DNA of 63,071 nt, filler included, from Collodictyon triciliatum (Eukaryota), in assembly GCA_043381765.1 (NCBI GenBank). It is 5 parts of 5 records of this genome, joined end to end, with 100 filler letters (N's around TTAATTAATTAA, not from the genome) between each part and the next. Parts side by side here need not be neighbours in the genome. Positions count along the whole stretch, not along the records: positions 1 to 20,604 come from JBHJMP010001224.1; 4 more parts are not named here. One strand, written 5' to 3'. Under the pieces are notes generated by a model. It was not told where the DNA came from. It ran no database searches and worked only from the letters and a program-made list of their open reading frames with translations. This document shows positions 1 through 13,403 of this stretch, piece after piece (position 1 is the stretch's first letter; each line of letters starts with the position of its first letter). Made by a program: the position numbers and the translations under genes.

Positions 1-119
1 ATGTATGTATGTATGTATGTATGTATGTATGTATGTATGTATGTATGTATGTATGTATGTATGTATGTATGTATGTATGTATGTATGTATGTATGTATGT
101 ATGTATGTATGTATGTATG
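1..119. repeat. (ATGT)n microsatellite
   Basis: Perfect tetranucleotide run from the window start. Confidence 0.99.
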
Positions 120-1371
120 AAAAAAGACAAAATTTCATTAATAATACCACACGACATTTTTTTTAGTAGAATCATTCACATAAATTAATCAAAAATCGAG
201 ATGGAGGTCTACTTAGCAAAAAAAAGTAAGGGGTATAGCCAGTATATTCATTCTCTATTGTAACAGTACACTGTTTGAAGAACAAAGGATTTGAGGTTCT
301 TTTGATATTTGAATTCTTTATTCTATTGAAAATTATTTGCTATACGTACATAATCAACGCCCTGTACAGATAACGAAATACTTTCGAAATGTTGTCAACA
401 CACTGAAGCGATTGTTATCACAAAAGATAATAATGCGCATTTAATAATACTGTTTAGTTATGATAAGTGAGCAATTTGTTGTTGTTTTTTCCTTCACAGT
501 GTGCTAATTCGTTCCATTATTCTATTTGATTGGTTTTCTTCAATTCTGCAGACCAAATCAGAAGACTTTATACGATTATTGTTTTTAAGTTTTCTTTTGC
601 TCTGAGCTGTCTATTCATGCGTCCTTCGATACATTCTATTTTCTCTTTTGATTGCTTGCTGATATTTTGTATTTTTGAAATAAGTAATGTATGATATATG
701 CACCCAAATGCAAATATTTTAAATTCGTTGTTTTTTCAATATTATGGAGCCAAATACACGAAAAATTAGTATACCGCAATCAATCGTTATTTTTCCTTAA
801 CATTGAATTCTGATTCATCCACTGATTGAGTGATTGATACATTTTATATTATGTGTTAAATATAGATAAAACATTCCAAAGAAAATCAGATTGAACTTTT
901 TTGATTAGCCATGTGGGAATTATATCAGTCATCTGACACAATAACTTGTTAAACCTATCACATTTTTCACAGATGATTAATTACAGTTTAATATGTAAAT
1001 TTTAAGAAAAATCGATCTCTGTATTCGTTTCAGCATCAAAATCCACGTTTCTGTCGACAATTTTAATAGGTAACAATATTTATTTGATAAAATCATAATT
1101 ACACGCGTCAATCCAAATAGGAAAAAAGGGCGTATATTAACCTAAATAAGTTCATAAACATGTCTCATTGAAAAGAGCATGATATGAATTATTACATTTA
1201 GAGCTGATGGAATTAGTTCTCCATTTAAAAGAAAATAAATTATATGGAAGCCAATATACTTTAATTTTCGTCATTATGTAATTTGAAGTTAATCCTACAA
1301 TAAAAATATATTCGAAATTTAGCTGAAAATTATAATAAATAAGCAACAGGTGATAATTGGGAGAGCATAGA

Positions 1372-4300
1372 ATGCTTAAAATAATTCTTGTGTCATTCAT
1401 TTTTGCGCTGGCTCTTCTATCTTACGTTAGCTCGATGAAAAGGTCTTTATGGCTTCTAGATTGCCGATATTTTCTATTCAAAGCTGAATTTCTCATCGAA
1501 ATTATGAAACGTATTCCTTGAAGGAAAAGATAACAAATTCATGACAAATTTTAGACCCTCGTGTCATTTTTCCAGAGAGGAGCTATTGACGATGAAAATC
1601 GATGATGCATTTCAGATTCTTTTGGAGACCTACGAAGAAATTTGCCCGCTGATGAACGACAAGCGTCAATCCTTCGATTGGAAATCTGAAATCCATCATT
1701 ATGAAAAACAAGATTATCTACGTGAGTATTTTTTTAATGGTCCATATAATAGGAAATCACTCAGTGAAAATACAAAAGGGCCGAGAAAAATGCACAAAAA
1801 AGTAACCCCAGTATTGAAATTTAATGCGCAGCGAAGAAGGATGGTGATTCTTCACCTTCAAGTCAACACGACCTGCTTGTGCAACTCTATGATATATTTC
1901 ATGGGGACTATTGGTTTTATAACTATGGATGGAAAAGCGGCAGTATACCCATATGTCAATGGCATGGAGTTTATTGCCACGAAGGATGCTCCGAAGATGA
2001 TCATAAGGTCGCATTAATTTTTCACGCTTTGATAATTAAATGCTTTATTGATGATATCTTACGGATAGAATAACCTGTGTCCGGTGACTGCATTAAGCAT
2101 GGAGTCTAATAATCTTAACGGTGACATGGAAGCTGCCTCACCAGTACTTGAGCAGTTTGAAACATTGGATTACTTGGACTTAAGTGACAGCTCCATTTAC
2201 GGAAATCTTCCAGACTTCAAACTTCCAAGTATCACATATTTCAGCATTTTTTTGAGTCAAATTACTGGAACGATTCCTGATTTTCAAGGAATGCCAAATA
2301 TCAATCATCTGGAGATTAACGGGAATCAATTGGAGGGCACTGTACCTGATTTTTCTGGAATGCCTGATTTGAGTGTTCTCTTTATTGGTGAAAGCAATGC
2401 TATAAGAGGTATTTCCAATTAACTTGCTCTTAAATATATGTCCTTTTTTTACACTTAATTGTGAAGTTTGACCGGGCTGATATTTAATTGTCATTTAAGG
2501 GTCTTTGCCAAATTTTTCGATGCTTGTCAACATCCAGTATCTCGGGATATATGAAACTTTGATGAGAGGTATAATATTTGTAAAATTCATTTGCATTTTA
2601 AGGCTATAAGGCTTATTCTAATAAATTTGTCATAGGGCCAATACCTGACTTCATTAACACTCCAAAGGCCGTTTTCTTTTATTTTCCTCAAAACCAACTT
2701 AATGGTAATGATCGAACCTTTTTTCAATATTTTAAATGTATAGCCTAAAAACATTCCATTATATCTAGGTACTGCCCCGAACTTCAAGTTCATTCACAAT
2801 ATGAAAGAGATATTTTTTTTCAATAACCAGCTTAGTGGTACGCAAATTGAAATTTAAATTATTGCATTTAATGAGATTTATCTTCTTTTTTTTTTTGCAT
2901 TTTCAAACCAAAGAATTAAGGGAAAACATATCTTTTAACTAATGAGTTGATTTTGCAGGAAGTTTTCCAGACTTTAGTGACATGCCAAACATTCAAATAA
3001 TGGATTTTAGTCGCAACAAAATTAGTGGTTCGTATTAAAAAAATATTATGGAAATTTGATGAACTGGATAAGTAAACATGATCGCATTTCAGGTACTATC
3101 CCAAACTTCACGGGACTACCAGACTTGAGATTTATTTCGATAGGAATCAATAAATTCAGCGGTTATTTTACTTACATCATTAACTTAAGCGGCTTTTTAT
3201 GCAAAAAAAAAAAAACTCAAAATTATTTAAATATCTTGTCTAGGAACTTTACCAGACTTCAAAAACATTCCGAATATCTATTTCATGGACATAAGCGACA
3301 ATCGTCTGAATGGTAAAAATGAATTATTTCTTGATGTTGATTATCCATTCTAGAATATTATAATTGATATTGCCTCTTATAGGGACAATTCCAAATTTCA
3401 TGAGTATTCTAGCGATAAATGAGCTTTACCTCGACAACAACAATGGATTATATGGTACTTTTGGTTAAAAAAAATATAATGATCAAATATTGAAATTTTA
3501 GTTTCTCTTTTTAGAATGTCATAACTTTTTTAATAGACTTTTGAAGTGTTGATTTTTTAAGGGACTGTTCCAAACTTCAGCGGCATACCATTAATTAGAA
3601 GCTGCAGTTTTGGAAGCAATATTTTAAGTGGTAAGTTTTCTTGTATCTATTGTACTTTATTATTTTCAATTTAATGCACAATTTATGAAAGGAACACTTC
3701 CGGACTTCGATAAAGTAACAATAGTCAATTATATGGACTTCTCTAACAATCGCCTAAATGGTAAGGTCCAATTATATGCATCGAGCCTAATATATAAAGT
3801 AATTAATGCGATGTATTAATATCCACAGGAACGATTCCAAATTTCAGCAAAGTTCAGAATCTAGATATTATCAGCGTTGGTGGAAATAAGCTTACTGGTC
3901 AGCTTGAATTCATTTGTGCATGAATAAAAAATTATAGGTTTAATTGAGATAGTGCTGTTTATTCGTCGATTTTAGGGACTATTCCTGACTTCGATTACCT
4001 TCCAAACTTGATTTCAATTGACGTGAGCAATAATTATGGAATGCAGGGTAGCCAATATCTCCTTTTTGAGAAATTTGAATGCTATAATTGACATGCTTTT
4101 ATTATATAAATATTCATTATAATATAATTGTAAGGAACAATACCCGATTTTAAAAATGTGGCTGCCTTAGTATATTTGGATGTTTCAAAGGGGAATTTCG
4201 AAGGTAGATGCTACTATTTTCTCAAATATTCGAGAAAGGATTCATTTTTTTTAACAGGAACAGGGGCTTAATTTGTTCATTAACTTTTAGGAACCATTCC

Positions 4301-7243
4301 ACAGTTTAAATATCTGGTCAATTTGAATACTTTAAGGGCATATGATAACAACTTATCTGGAAGAGTTCCAAGTTTTGAGTACAGCCCCCTTCTAAATGAA
4401 ATAATCTTATCCAAAAACGTGCTGGACGGCTCTTTGCCATCATTCAACATCCCTTATCTTCTGAATCTGGATCTCAGCGAAAATCAAATCAGTGGCACTA
4501 TCCCCAGCGATTGGAGGATACCATACATTCAGAAAATCGACTTTTCAAGAAACCTTATTGTTGGGAATGTACCAAAATTTGTCCAGGATTTATCTACGCT
4601 CAAATATCTCACCTTATCATACAATTCTTTTTCTGGTCCTATTCCGATATCATTTTGGAATCTCCCCAATATTGTGACTGTAGACCTAAGAAATAATTCA
4701 TTTTCTTCCGAAATCACGCAGTTTCTGATGGATTTAAATGGAAATAATGATTACTTCTATGAAAATATCTTTCTTGATAACAACCAATTTTATGGTGAGA
4801 TGGACCCGAAAATCTTTGAATATTTGGGAAGATTGAAAACCTTCAGTATCAAGAATAACAGAATTACCCGAATCGGTAAATTGAAGAATCTAATGACATG
4901 GGTATCTTTTGATGCCTCTGGAAATCCAGTTGAGGGAAACATTCCTGAATCCTATAGTCTGTTTACTAAGCTCGAATATTTGAAATTAAAAAATACATTG
5001 ATGAATCATGGAGATGCACCTTTCTTTCCTTCATTTATGAATCAGACAAACACTTATACTCTAGAAAAGATAACCGATTCATATATTTGTCCAACTATCA
5101 TCTCAAATTTAGCATCTGTTAGAATGGAAGTTGAAATCAATCCAAGCTACTACGATTACGGGCTTTGCAAATGCTTACCCGGATACTTTGGATTTGCGAA
5201 TGTATGCTTGGAGTGCCCGAGAGATTGCGATTGTAAGGATGGAGTTAAATTGGAGAAATGTTATTTTACACCGAGCATACTAAATATCGTTGACATAATT
5301 CCATGTCTGAATCCAGCGGTATGCAAATTTACCGTTGGTGATTCGATGGAAGAAAGAATGAAAATTAATAATGGCACGCACGAATTTACGTGTGAAAAGG
5401 GTTACACTGGTAGAGACTGCTCTTTGTGCGAGGACGGATATGTATTTGAAAGCGGAGAATGCAACGAATGTTCCTCTGATTACTCGATCATCAAAGTAAT
5501 TGCTTTTATTGTGCTTTTGGTTATCGGTGGAGTCTATCAGATTGGTCTGGCATGGATTGAGGAGAGCATGGATGATAATTTAGGTGATAGTGAGGATGAA
5601 GATGAGTACGAATCAGGTAATTATATTTCGCTTTGAAATAAACTCATATGACTAAAAAAAATACATTATTTCAGCCTCCTTGGATATATTTCTGTTCTAC
5701 ACCCAAATCCTTCAAGTGTTGGGGAATATTGTTTCTATACCCTTTATGGCATCTACTGGGAGGTTTGTCAGCAGCTTGTTTTCATTAAAGTTACCTTCCC
5801 TTGAGTGTATAGTTGGTAACCAACCCCATATTACATCGATTCTCAACCTCGCTCGCATTCCTTCGATTGTTTTTTTTGCTTATCTTATCTTGAAGAAAAC
5901 ACTGGTTAAGAAGGACACAAAAAATATTGGAAAGGTAGGACGACCATTAATTCCTTTGAAACACATGCAATTCCTTTTCTTCATATTATTAAAAAAAAAA
6001 AATGTAATAAAACTTTTCAGGTTGTGGCAATTACTTTTACATTTTTGGAGGCCACTTATTTTTCTGTCGTAAGAGATGTTATTGGTGCCTTTGGTTGCAC
6101 TCTTTACGACAAAGGATTGGATTCATGGTTCGTTAATTTGTATCCGTGGATTCAATGCAGTCCAGTAACCGATGAGTATTCAAAAATGCTTATGTCTGCC
6201 TTTCCTAGCTTGATTTATGTACTAACATATCCCGGTTTTCTGTGGTATGTTGTCTTGAGAGCTAGGAAAATGAGAGGGGGAAATGATATAAAGGTGAATT
6301 TTTTTATTCCCTTCAATCTATTTCTTAAATTTGCTAGATAGAATGAATTTGTTTTCTGATAACAAATTGATAAATCATTGTTGCATAGAAAACAGAGGGT
6401 GATTTTGCTATGGAAAATCTGAAGTATCTCGGTGCTGGAGAAGCATGTCAAACAACTGGTGGAAATCCGTCTGAAAAGGCTCTCGATGCGCCTGGGCCGA
6501 GTGGCTCGGAAAGAGAAAAGCCAAAAGCCCACCAAGAGCCGTCAGATAATCGTTTCGATTTGTCTATGGGCCTGTTTCAAGTAGTATGCCAGATTCAAAT
6601 GAATCGATTTGCTGCTATTTATGAGGAGGTAATAAGCACGATCATTTAATTTCGAAGCGAGAAAGACAAACTAATTTGCGTTCTCTGATAAAGAAATACG
6701 ACTGGTGGGTCTTAGTTCGAGTATTCCAATCCGTCCTTTTCAGTTTGGCAGCTTTTGTGGTTCCTTACACAAACCCTGCGATTCTCTACTTTATTTTCTT
6801 CATTTTGGTACAGGTTTGTGAGCTTCACATACTTTAAAGCATTATTCGTTCTTCAGATTGTTTTTTTCAAGGAGCTATCTCATAAGCAATCTTCCTTTGT
6901 GTAGTTCTCCTTGTCGATGCAGAATCGGTACCAGCCGTACATACTTGATGCGGATGATACTTTCTCCATTCAGTGTTGGTTGTTGCTATACATCTCTTTC
7001 TTCGCAGCTCTCGTCCAAAAGCTTGTCCCAGGAAACGATTGGATATCATATGCCATTATAGGATTCAATTCCTTATTCATCACAGCATTTGTTGTTCCTT
7101 TTGCATGGGCAATATTGAAGCCTCTATTCAGCTCTTTTTCAAAATGCAATATTGGATTAAGCAGAAGAATAGCGCGATTAAAAGAAAAAATCGAGGCTTA
7201 CAAGGAAAAGTTCAGCAACATGGTAATCAACTTCACGCAATAG
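1372..7243 (+). CDS. Multi-exon LRR receptor-like protein: signal peptide, LRR N-cap, roughly 25 plant-type LRRs, Cys-rich region, about 8-9 TM C-terminal domain
   Basis: ATG 1372 gives MLKIILVSFIFALALLSYVSS (signal peptide). Intron 1722-1831 (GTGAGT..GCAG) puts the N-cap LLVQLYDIFHGDYW..W....ICQWHGVYC in frame. GxIPxF..L..L..L.LS.N.L repeats follow, then CKCLPGYFG..CLECP..CEKGYTGRDCSLC and hydrophobic exons up to the stop at 7241-7243. Confidence 0.9.
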
Positions 7244-7457
7244 CCTTTCGATTCTTTAGTTGGAGGGGGGAAAAAAAGCACTCAAATATTACGGTTTAAG
7301 TTCCTCTAAACCTCGACACACGAGAAATGAAATAAAAACAACTAATTGAAAAGCATGAGATATCATAAAAGGTACTAAAAATCGCAATTTTAGGCTTTCC
7401 TTTTCTCTTTTTATCAACACCACATGATATCATTCGAATTGTAAGGATTGCAGGCTT

Positions 7458-9227
7458 TTATTGAACTGCCGATGGATGTGGCGGTTGTCCTGTAACCATA
7501 TCGTTCGACGCAATGCAGCCAAAAAAAAAAAATTATGTGTTTCGATATGAAATTAAATAAATATGATACATTAGAAGAAAAAATTAAGATGCATTTTTCT
7601 AGAAGTTATACGTATGTTATTTTAATCAAAATGAAAACAAAGGGAAAAGGAAAACATAAGACGGAAAAAAAACCACGAAAAAAAAAACCTTTTATATGTG
7701 ATACGACATGGCCTGAGGAGGGCTCTGCAAATGCGAAGGCCATTTTCGGTGTGTTATAGGCATATCTAGAATTCAAAATGTTTTAAAAAAATGTGAATCC
7801 ATTGTGCTTTGCGCCACGAAACAACGTATTTCGAGTGCTCGTGTGTCTCAAGTATTCGATAAAGTACCCGTAGTCACCGTTCTTGTCAATCATGATGATG
7901 CCTCCTGCATGAAATGAACTTGAGTCGCAGAAGGGGCTTCTTTCTTTACGAGGTGAAAAAAAAATGCAACAGAAAAATAAAGCCAAAAAAAAAAACAATT
8001 CATTTGAGTGAATATAAACCGAGCCCATCTACGCGTTTCTTCATATAGTTGACAACAAGAGATGCAGAATCCATGGCAGATGAATGCAAAAGATAATCTA
8101 TTTATAAATGTGCGCCTTTAATTTTCCTTTCATTTGCGAGATTGAAACATATCAATCAGGCACGCTTTAAATACGTTCCAAAGTTTCAAAATATAAGTAT
8201 TTAATCCTTTGATGAGATGAAATGATGCGTGCGATTGCGTGTAAACAGCACTTTCATGATTTAAGAGAAGCATACCACATCCTGTTTTGCAGAATACAAC
8301 ACGCATGATACACTCTCCATATCCCGTGGCAGAGGCAGCTCCAGTAAAATTGTCTGCATATACCCCGGAACCGACCACTGGCGAGTCACTGATCGACAGC
8401 ACGATAGGACGAAGAGCAAAATAAAATAAAATAAAAAAATACATGAACATTAGAAAATATTTGTTGAGATGACAAAAATGTGGGGCTGTGTATCATGTAC
8501 CCGAGTCTTCCAGGAAGTTTCCGAGGAGTTCCTCCTGTTGATGTGGCTGCTGCAAGGTTACCGTATATGTCCTATATCATATTTTAGAAAAAACTCATTC
8601 GACTATTATATTGCAAGCAGTCACAGGCATTGCAACGCATAATAAACATGGCAAGATGATATATCTGATGATTGAAAAAGATATACAGAGGCCGTGGAAA
8701 AGAAAATTAATCAAGAGATTTGTATCTTGACCATTGCAACCGCTCCGACAGTGTCACACGCCTCCGGCGGGTTTTCAAATGGCTGACGAGTTCGAAAAGT
8801 CGGGTCTGTTTTGACCTAAATATTTGGTTTGAATTCAATGACCATAATCTTTCTTTCGATTTTTTATTCGGAGTATACTTGAAAATAACGGGTATGGATG
8901 TATCCTGATGCTTTTGCTGTTTTTTTTTTTTTTTTATCTGCACCAGACTTTTCATATCTTAGTTTCAAAGAACCTTTTCAAAGAATGCGAGCTCTCTTTC
9001 GGTAAGTAGAGTCTTAGGGTCAACGATTTCAAACCCGAAGGATTCAGCTAGTCTAAAGAAATAGCAAATTATCAGGAACAGCCCCAACTAAGAGAAAAAA
9101 AAGGTCAAATACTCTGTGCAGGTTTCTTAGTTTGAAGATTTTTATATCATACATAAGCTAGATTAATTGTTTCTCGATTTTTATGCAGTCACACTTGAGG
9201 GACACTGAATTCTGACGATCGTAATCA

Positions 9228-9309
<82 letters not shown>

Positions 9310-10346
9310 TGAAAAATTACAATAAGACGATAAATGACACAAAAAAGAAAATGAATTCAAAAATGTACCAATAAATTGATATTCTTACTGATTTGCACCT
9401 TTCCCAACAATAAATCTATGTTCCGTTTTCTCCATCACAGCTCTAGCGAGGGAAACAGGATGCAAAATGTTTTGGACAGCACCAACTGCCCCAAAGTTAA
9501 GATCTTTTCCGTTCATGATAGATGCATCCTTTTTGTAAAACGAAGCAAAAAGAAAAGAAGAGGAAAAAAAAAAAAGAAGACAAACGTAAAAGATAAGAAA
9601 AAAATGAATATAACATGGAAAAGGAAGGCACACATTTTTTTTAACTGCGTATGTATACAGAACACAGGAACAGCTAAAAGAACATCCCAATTCGAATGGA
9701 AGATTAATTTGCATAATGTACCAACTCGACTTCACCGGCTGCGTTAAGAAATGCGCCGCGCCCTGAGTCAAAAGTCGGGTCCAATTCAAGTATCTTCACG
9801 GCCTCTTCCACAGCATCGAGAGCACTCATCCCTGCCTGGTGGATGCGCAAGTAAGCGATTTAAAATCATTAAGCTCACGAAGTCTTTTAAAGAGTATGTG
9901 AATCCACATTTCTTATTCTTTTATTTTTCTTCGTTGCGCAAGAGACAACGAGCTATCCCATGACTTGCCATCACAGGAACAATAAGAACGAAATAGTAGT
10001 AAGGGTTTAATGGGAGAAACAGAATACCGTGTGTTTGCGATATAAGACAAACAAAAAAAATAAAGACAAAAAGACAAAAAGACAAAAGACAAAAGAATGA
10101 CCTGGAGCTTTGGATAGATCGTCTCCACAGCACGCCGGACACCTGCTACGTGATCGGCTTCCAGCTCTTCCGGAATGTTCCATGCGCCTCCTATGAAAGT
10201 TGAAAGCCTGCTTCTGAGTGGGTTGGATAAGAGTTGGGTTTGTGGCAATGGATGTTGTGTGGAGCTCAGGTGATGCAAGACGAGAGGGAGGGCGAAGTGA
10301 TTGCCTTACCGTGCACGATGAGGCGGGGCTGAAAGTTGCTGCTCAT
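7458..10346 (-). CDS. ASRGL1: Isoaspartyl peptidase / L-asparaginase (plant-type, Ntn hydrolase), multi-exon
   Basis: Joined exons give LIVHGGAW, DASIMNG..L.FGAV, the autocleavage site CD|TVGAVA, GNLAAATSTGG..KLPGRLGDSPVVGSG.YAD and ATGYGE.I. All introns GT-AG. Confidence 0.95.
9230..9307. repeat. Poly(A) tract inside an asparaginase intron
   Basis: Uninterrupted A run of about 78 nt. Confidence 0.95.
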
Positions 10347-12023
10347 TATTCCTACAACCAAGTCGCCTGAGCGTCAAAAAGAAGGACGAAAGGAAAAGGA
10401 AAAGGAAAACGAAAAGGAAAAGGAAACAATCTGGTTTCTCGAGTGTGGTGTCACTTCGCGTGTCATGTGAAGCAAACCACCCAACCCATCGCCGAGCAAA
10501 TGTATCTAAGGAAACGTCGTGTCCGTTGGCAACAGAAATGTATGCGTATGTAATTATAGCTGAATAATTTAGCTACAAAGAGGCTGCTGTACTATATGTG
10601 ATGACTACTACGGAGATTATATGATAACTTCCAGATGTTGGCAAGAGACTATTTTGGAAAAAGGCGACCACTCCGCGTCAATGCACATGCCAAGGATATC
10701 CTATCGTGAACCCCATCTTTTTTTAAAGGAAAGCCTTGTATGATTATCATTCGAATGTCAACTCCATAGCATTACAATCGTGGAAATACTGTATCATATT
10801 TTTGTTGGAACTGTATAGAAATCCCCTTTATTCTTTTATTTCATTTATTTCCCGTGCAAAATGCCACAAGTAAGCCCCTCTTACCTAGATTTCTATGAGT
10901 ACTATTAGGGGTCTGAAGCTTTTTCCCACGAATTGGCCGAGGTAATGATAATGATTGCTGCTTTTCGTTTAACTTTGGGTCCTTGTGTATCTAAGAACTA
11001 GAATCGTAACATACTCCTCGACATTTTAATGATAGCATAGAGGCTTAGTCTAGTCGAATCGAAATTTGAAATGGACTCTTTTTGAAGTGACGCTTTCTCC
11101 ATGTCAAAGATCTTAGCCTATTTGCAACCTTCTTCTTTGATATGCTCCTCATGCTGCATCTTTTTTTCTTCTCAGGAGGCAAACACACAGAAATTATACC
11201 TTTTGCGTTTTATATTAATGTATATTATCATTTTGAACGGTCAAAAGATCGAAGAGTTACTTTTGTCCACCCCAATAATTACTCTTATGGATGAACATCT
11301 TTCAATGCATTTTGCTGGTCTCGCCTTTACATAGTACTGGACGGCTTTATTCTCATACTTACCAATACGAAGTGATTTTTTCAAAGATGCAATCAAATCG
11401 GATACTGACATCTCTCGGAAATGTCTGTCAGTTCGAAGCTCGGGTCATTTCACAGTTCTCCAATTTTCTAATCATCTCTTATTTTAACTAGTCAATTCTT
11501 TATTGGTAATTTAAAAAGTTTACATATTAGCTCCTGAATGCGTATAGGACCTGGCATATATGACTGAAAGGATATGTTAGAATGAATTTTCGACTTAATA
11601 ATCATATGCATGCTTTCATTGACACAACACTGCAGCCACTGTTCCGCAAATCTTCAATGTAAATTGAAATTGTGCTGGGAGAAAATCAGTCACATGGAAT
11701 AATTTGCATGTGGGGACTCTTTTTTTTTTCTTTCTTTTTCGTTTGTGCATCTTTCCTGATCTAAATCACGCAAACTCGAACTATAAACTCGAGACTTAAC
11801 AAACCGGTCCGTATCTCATTTGCTACCCTGGAGGCGGCGATAAACTCTTTGGTATTTTCTTTTCAACAGATATTATAATATGTTAAATCCTTACTTTTTT
11901 AAAAAGGGGATGTAGTACACTTTCACGCTCAGAATATGGTCGAAAAACTATAAGAGAGTGCTAAATCGAATGAGACTTTGGCCTTTTATCCTAGAAACAG
12001 GAGAGGATGAGCGATCACGAGCT

Positions 12024-12725
12024 TCAATGGTCGTAGAGTTGCAGCTTTCGGATGTGCTCTACATCAAGACCTTCGTTCCAGCAGGGCAGATTGGTGATTC
12101 CGCGGGGTGCTCTTTTGACACTTATGTCGCCCATGCTCTCGATGTAAAGCGCAGCAAGGTTGGTCAGTGCAGTGACTTGGGGAGGCAGCTCCTCGATCTA
12201 CCAGAAATAGACGTAAGTTTCATATCTCGAACAGAGACAACCCACCAACTGCCAAAAGTCGTTGTGTTCTGCAGATGCTAAAAACTAGTAGGACTTGTCT
12301 CAAACGCATACGCAAGTGACTGGACTAGGGGTTCTTACCGGGTTACCAGGGATATTCAACTCCATCAAACTCGAGAGGCCGGATATCTCTGGAGGCAATG
12401 AAGACAGCTGGTTACCAAAAAGACGGATTTCCAACAGATTAGTCATCCCAGTTATCTCTGGAGGGAGGGAGGTCAGTTGATTCTTGAAGGCGCTGAGCAC
12501 CGTGAGCAAAGTCAACTTGGACACTTGGGGTGGCAAGGAGGATAATTGGTTATCGTAGAGGAGGAGGACGGCGAGCTGACTCAGCTCAAAAACCCCGAGC
12601 GGCACGGACGTCAGGTTCTTTTCGCTGATGTCTAGGTACGTGCAATTCTCCAGCGTTCCGTCGCCACCCTCATAAGTCGGATACAGTTGTTCCAGCTCGG
12701 CAAGAAGACTCTCTCGGTCAGACAT
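12024..12725 (-). CDS. Small cytosolic LRR protein (about 187 aa, two exons)
   Basis: L..L.L..NQL.SLPP repeats in 12725-12339; intron GTAAG..TAG; second exon IEELPPQVTALTNLAALYI...DH* ending at 12024. Confidence 0.85.
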
Positions 12726-13403
12726 CTGCAAGCCTTCCGGTTAGTCATGCTAGCGTTTTGGTGCCTCCTTGTTCGAAGTTGCGTTGTATTTTTTATTCTT
12801 TCTCTTTTATTCGATTCAAAGTTGTTTGATGTTGCGTTAATCCCTCAAGCACAGGCACATGTCTCAAAAGATGAGACAGCACAGCTACTGGTGGCTAAGA
12901 GGGAGGATTGCCCAAATGGATAGTGAAGGTCAACATTCTGAATTTGGGCATGATGGCTGGTGCTGTGTGGACAAGTGTCTGAATGTGGGTGGTGACCGAG
13001 CGTCCTTTGGGATGGCGGGAACTGAACACTCTTGCCAGTTCCAGTGAACGAAACTCATTCGTTTATCCATTCTTTTGTGTATTCAGAACGGAAGATTGGT
13101 AAACGCGGGTTGGCAACGCTTGTTGCAAGAGAATGAATGGGTGATAAGCACACTACGTTTGTTACACGCGGTATTGCATTCGGCCGAGATACACAATTAA
13201 CTTATTCAAAATAATTAAGAGTGTGATACCAATAAAAGTGACAGGGAAAATATATAGATGCCTGCAATTTGATAAAAAAATAAATAAAAAAAAAAAGAAA
13301 AGGAAGCGATGAAGCTACACTTGGCATTGAAAGGGTCATCTCATAAGTTTTTCCTCGTCTATACATGATTGTTTTGTTGGTTGGTTTTTCCTCTTTATTC
13401 GAC

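Noticed and set aside
2500-4203. CRISPR-like periodic array (about 135-190 bp period)
   Set aside because: The periodicity comes from LRR exons and introns; there are no identical direct repeats.
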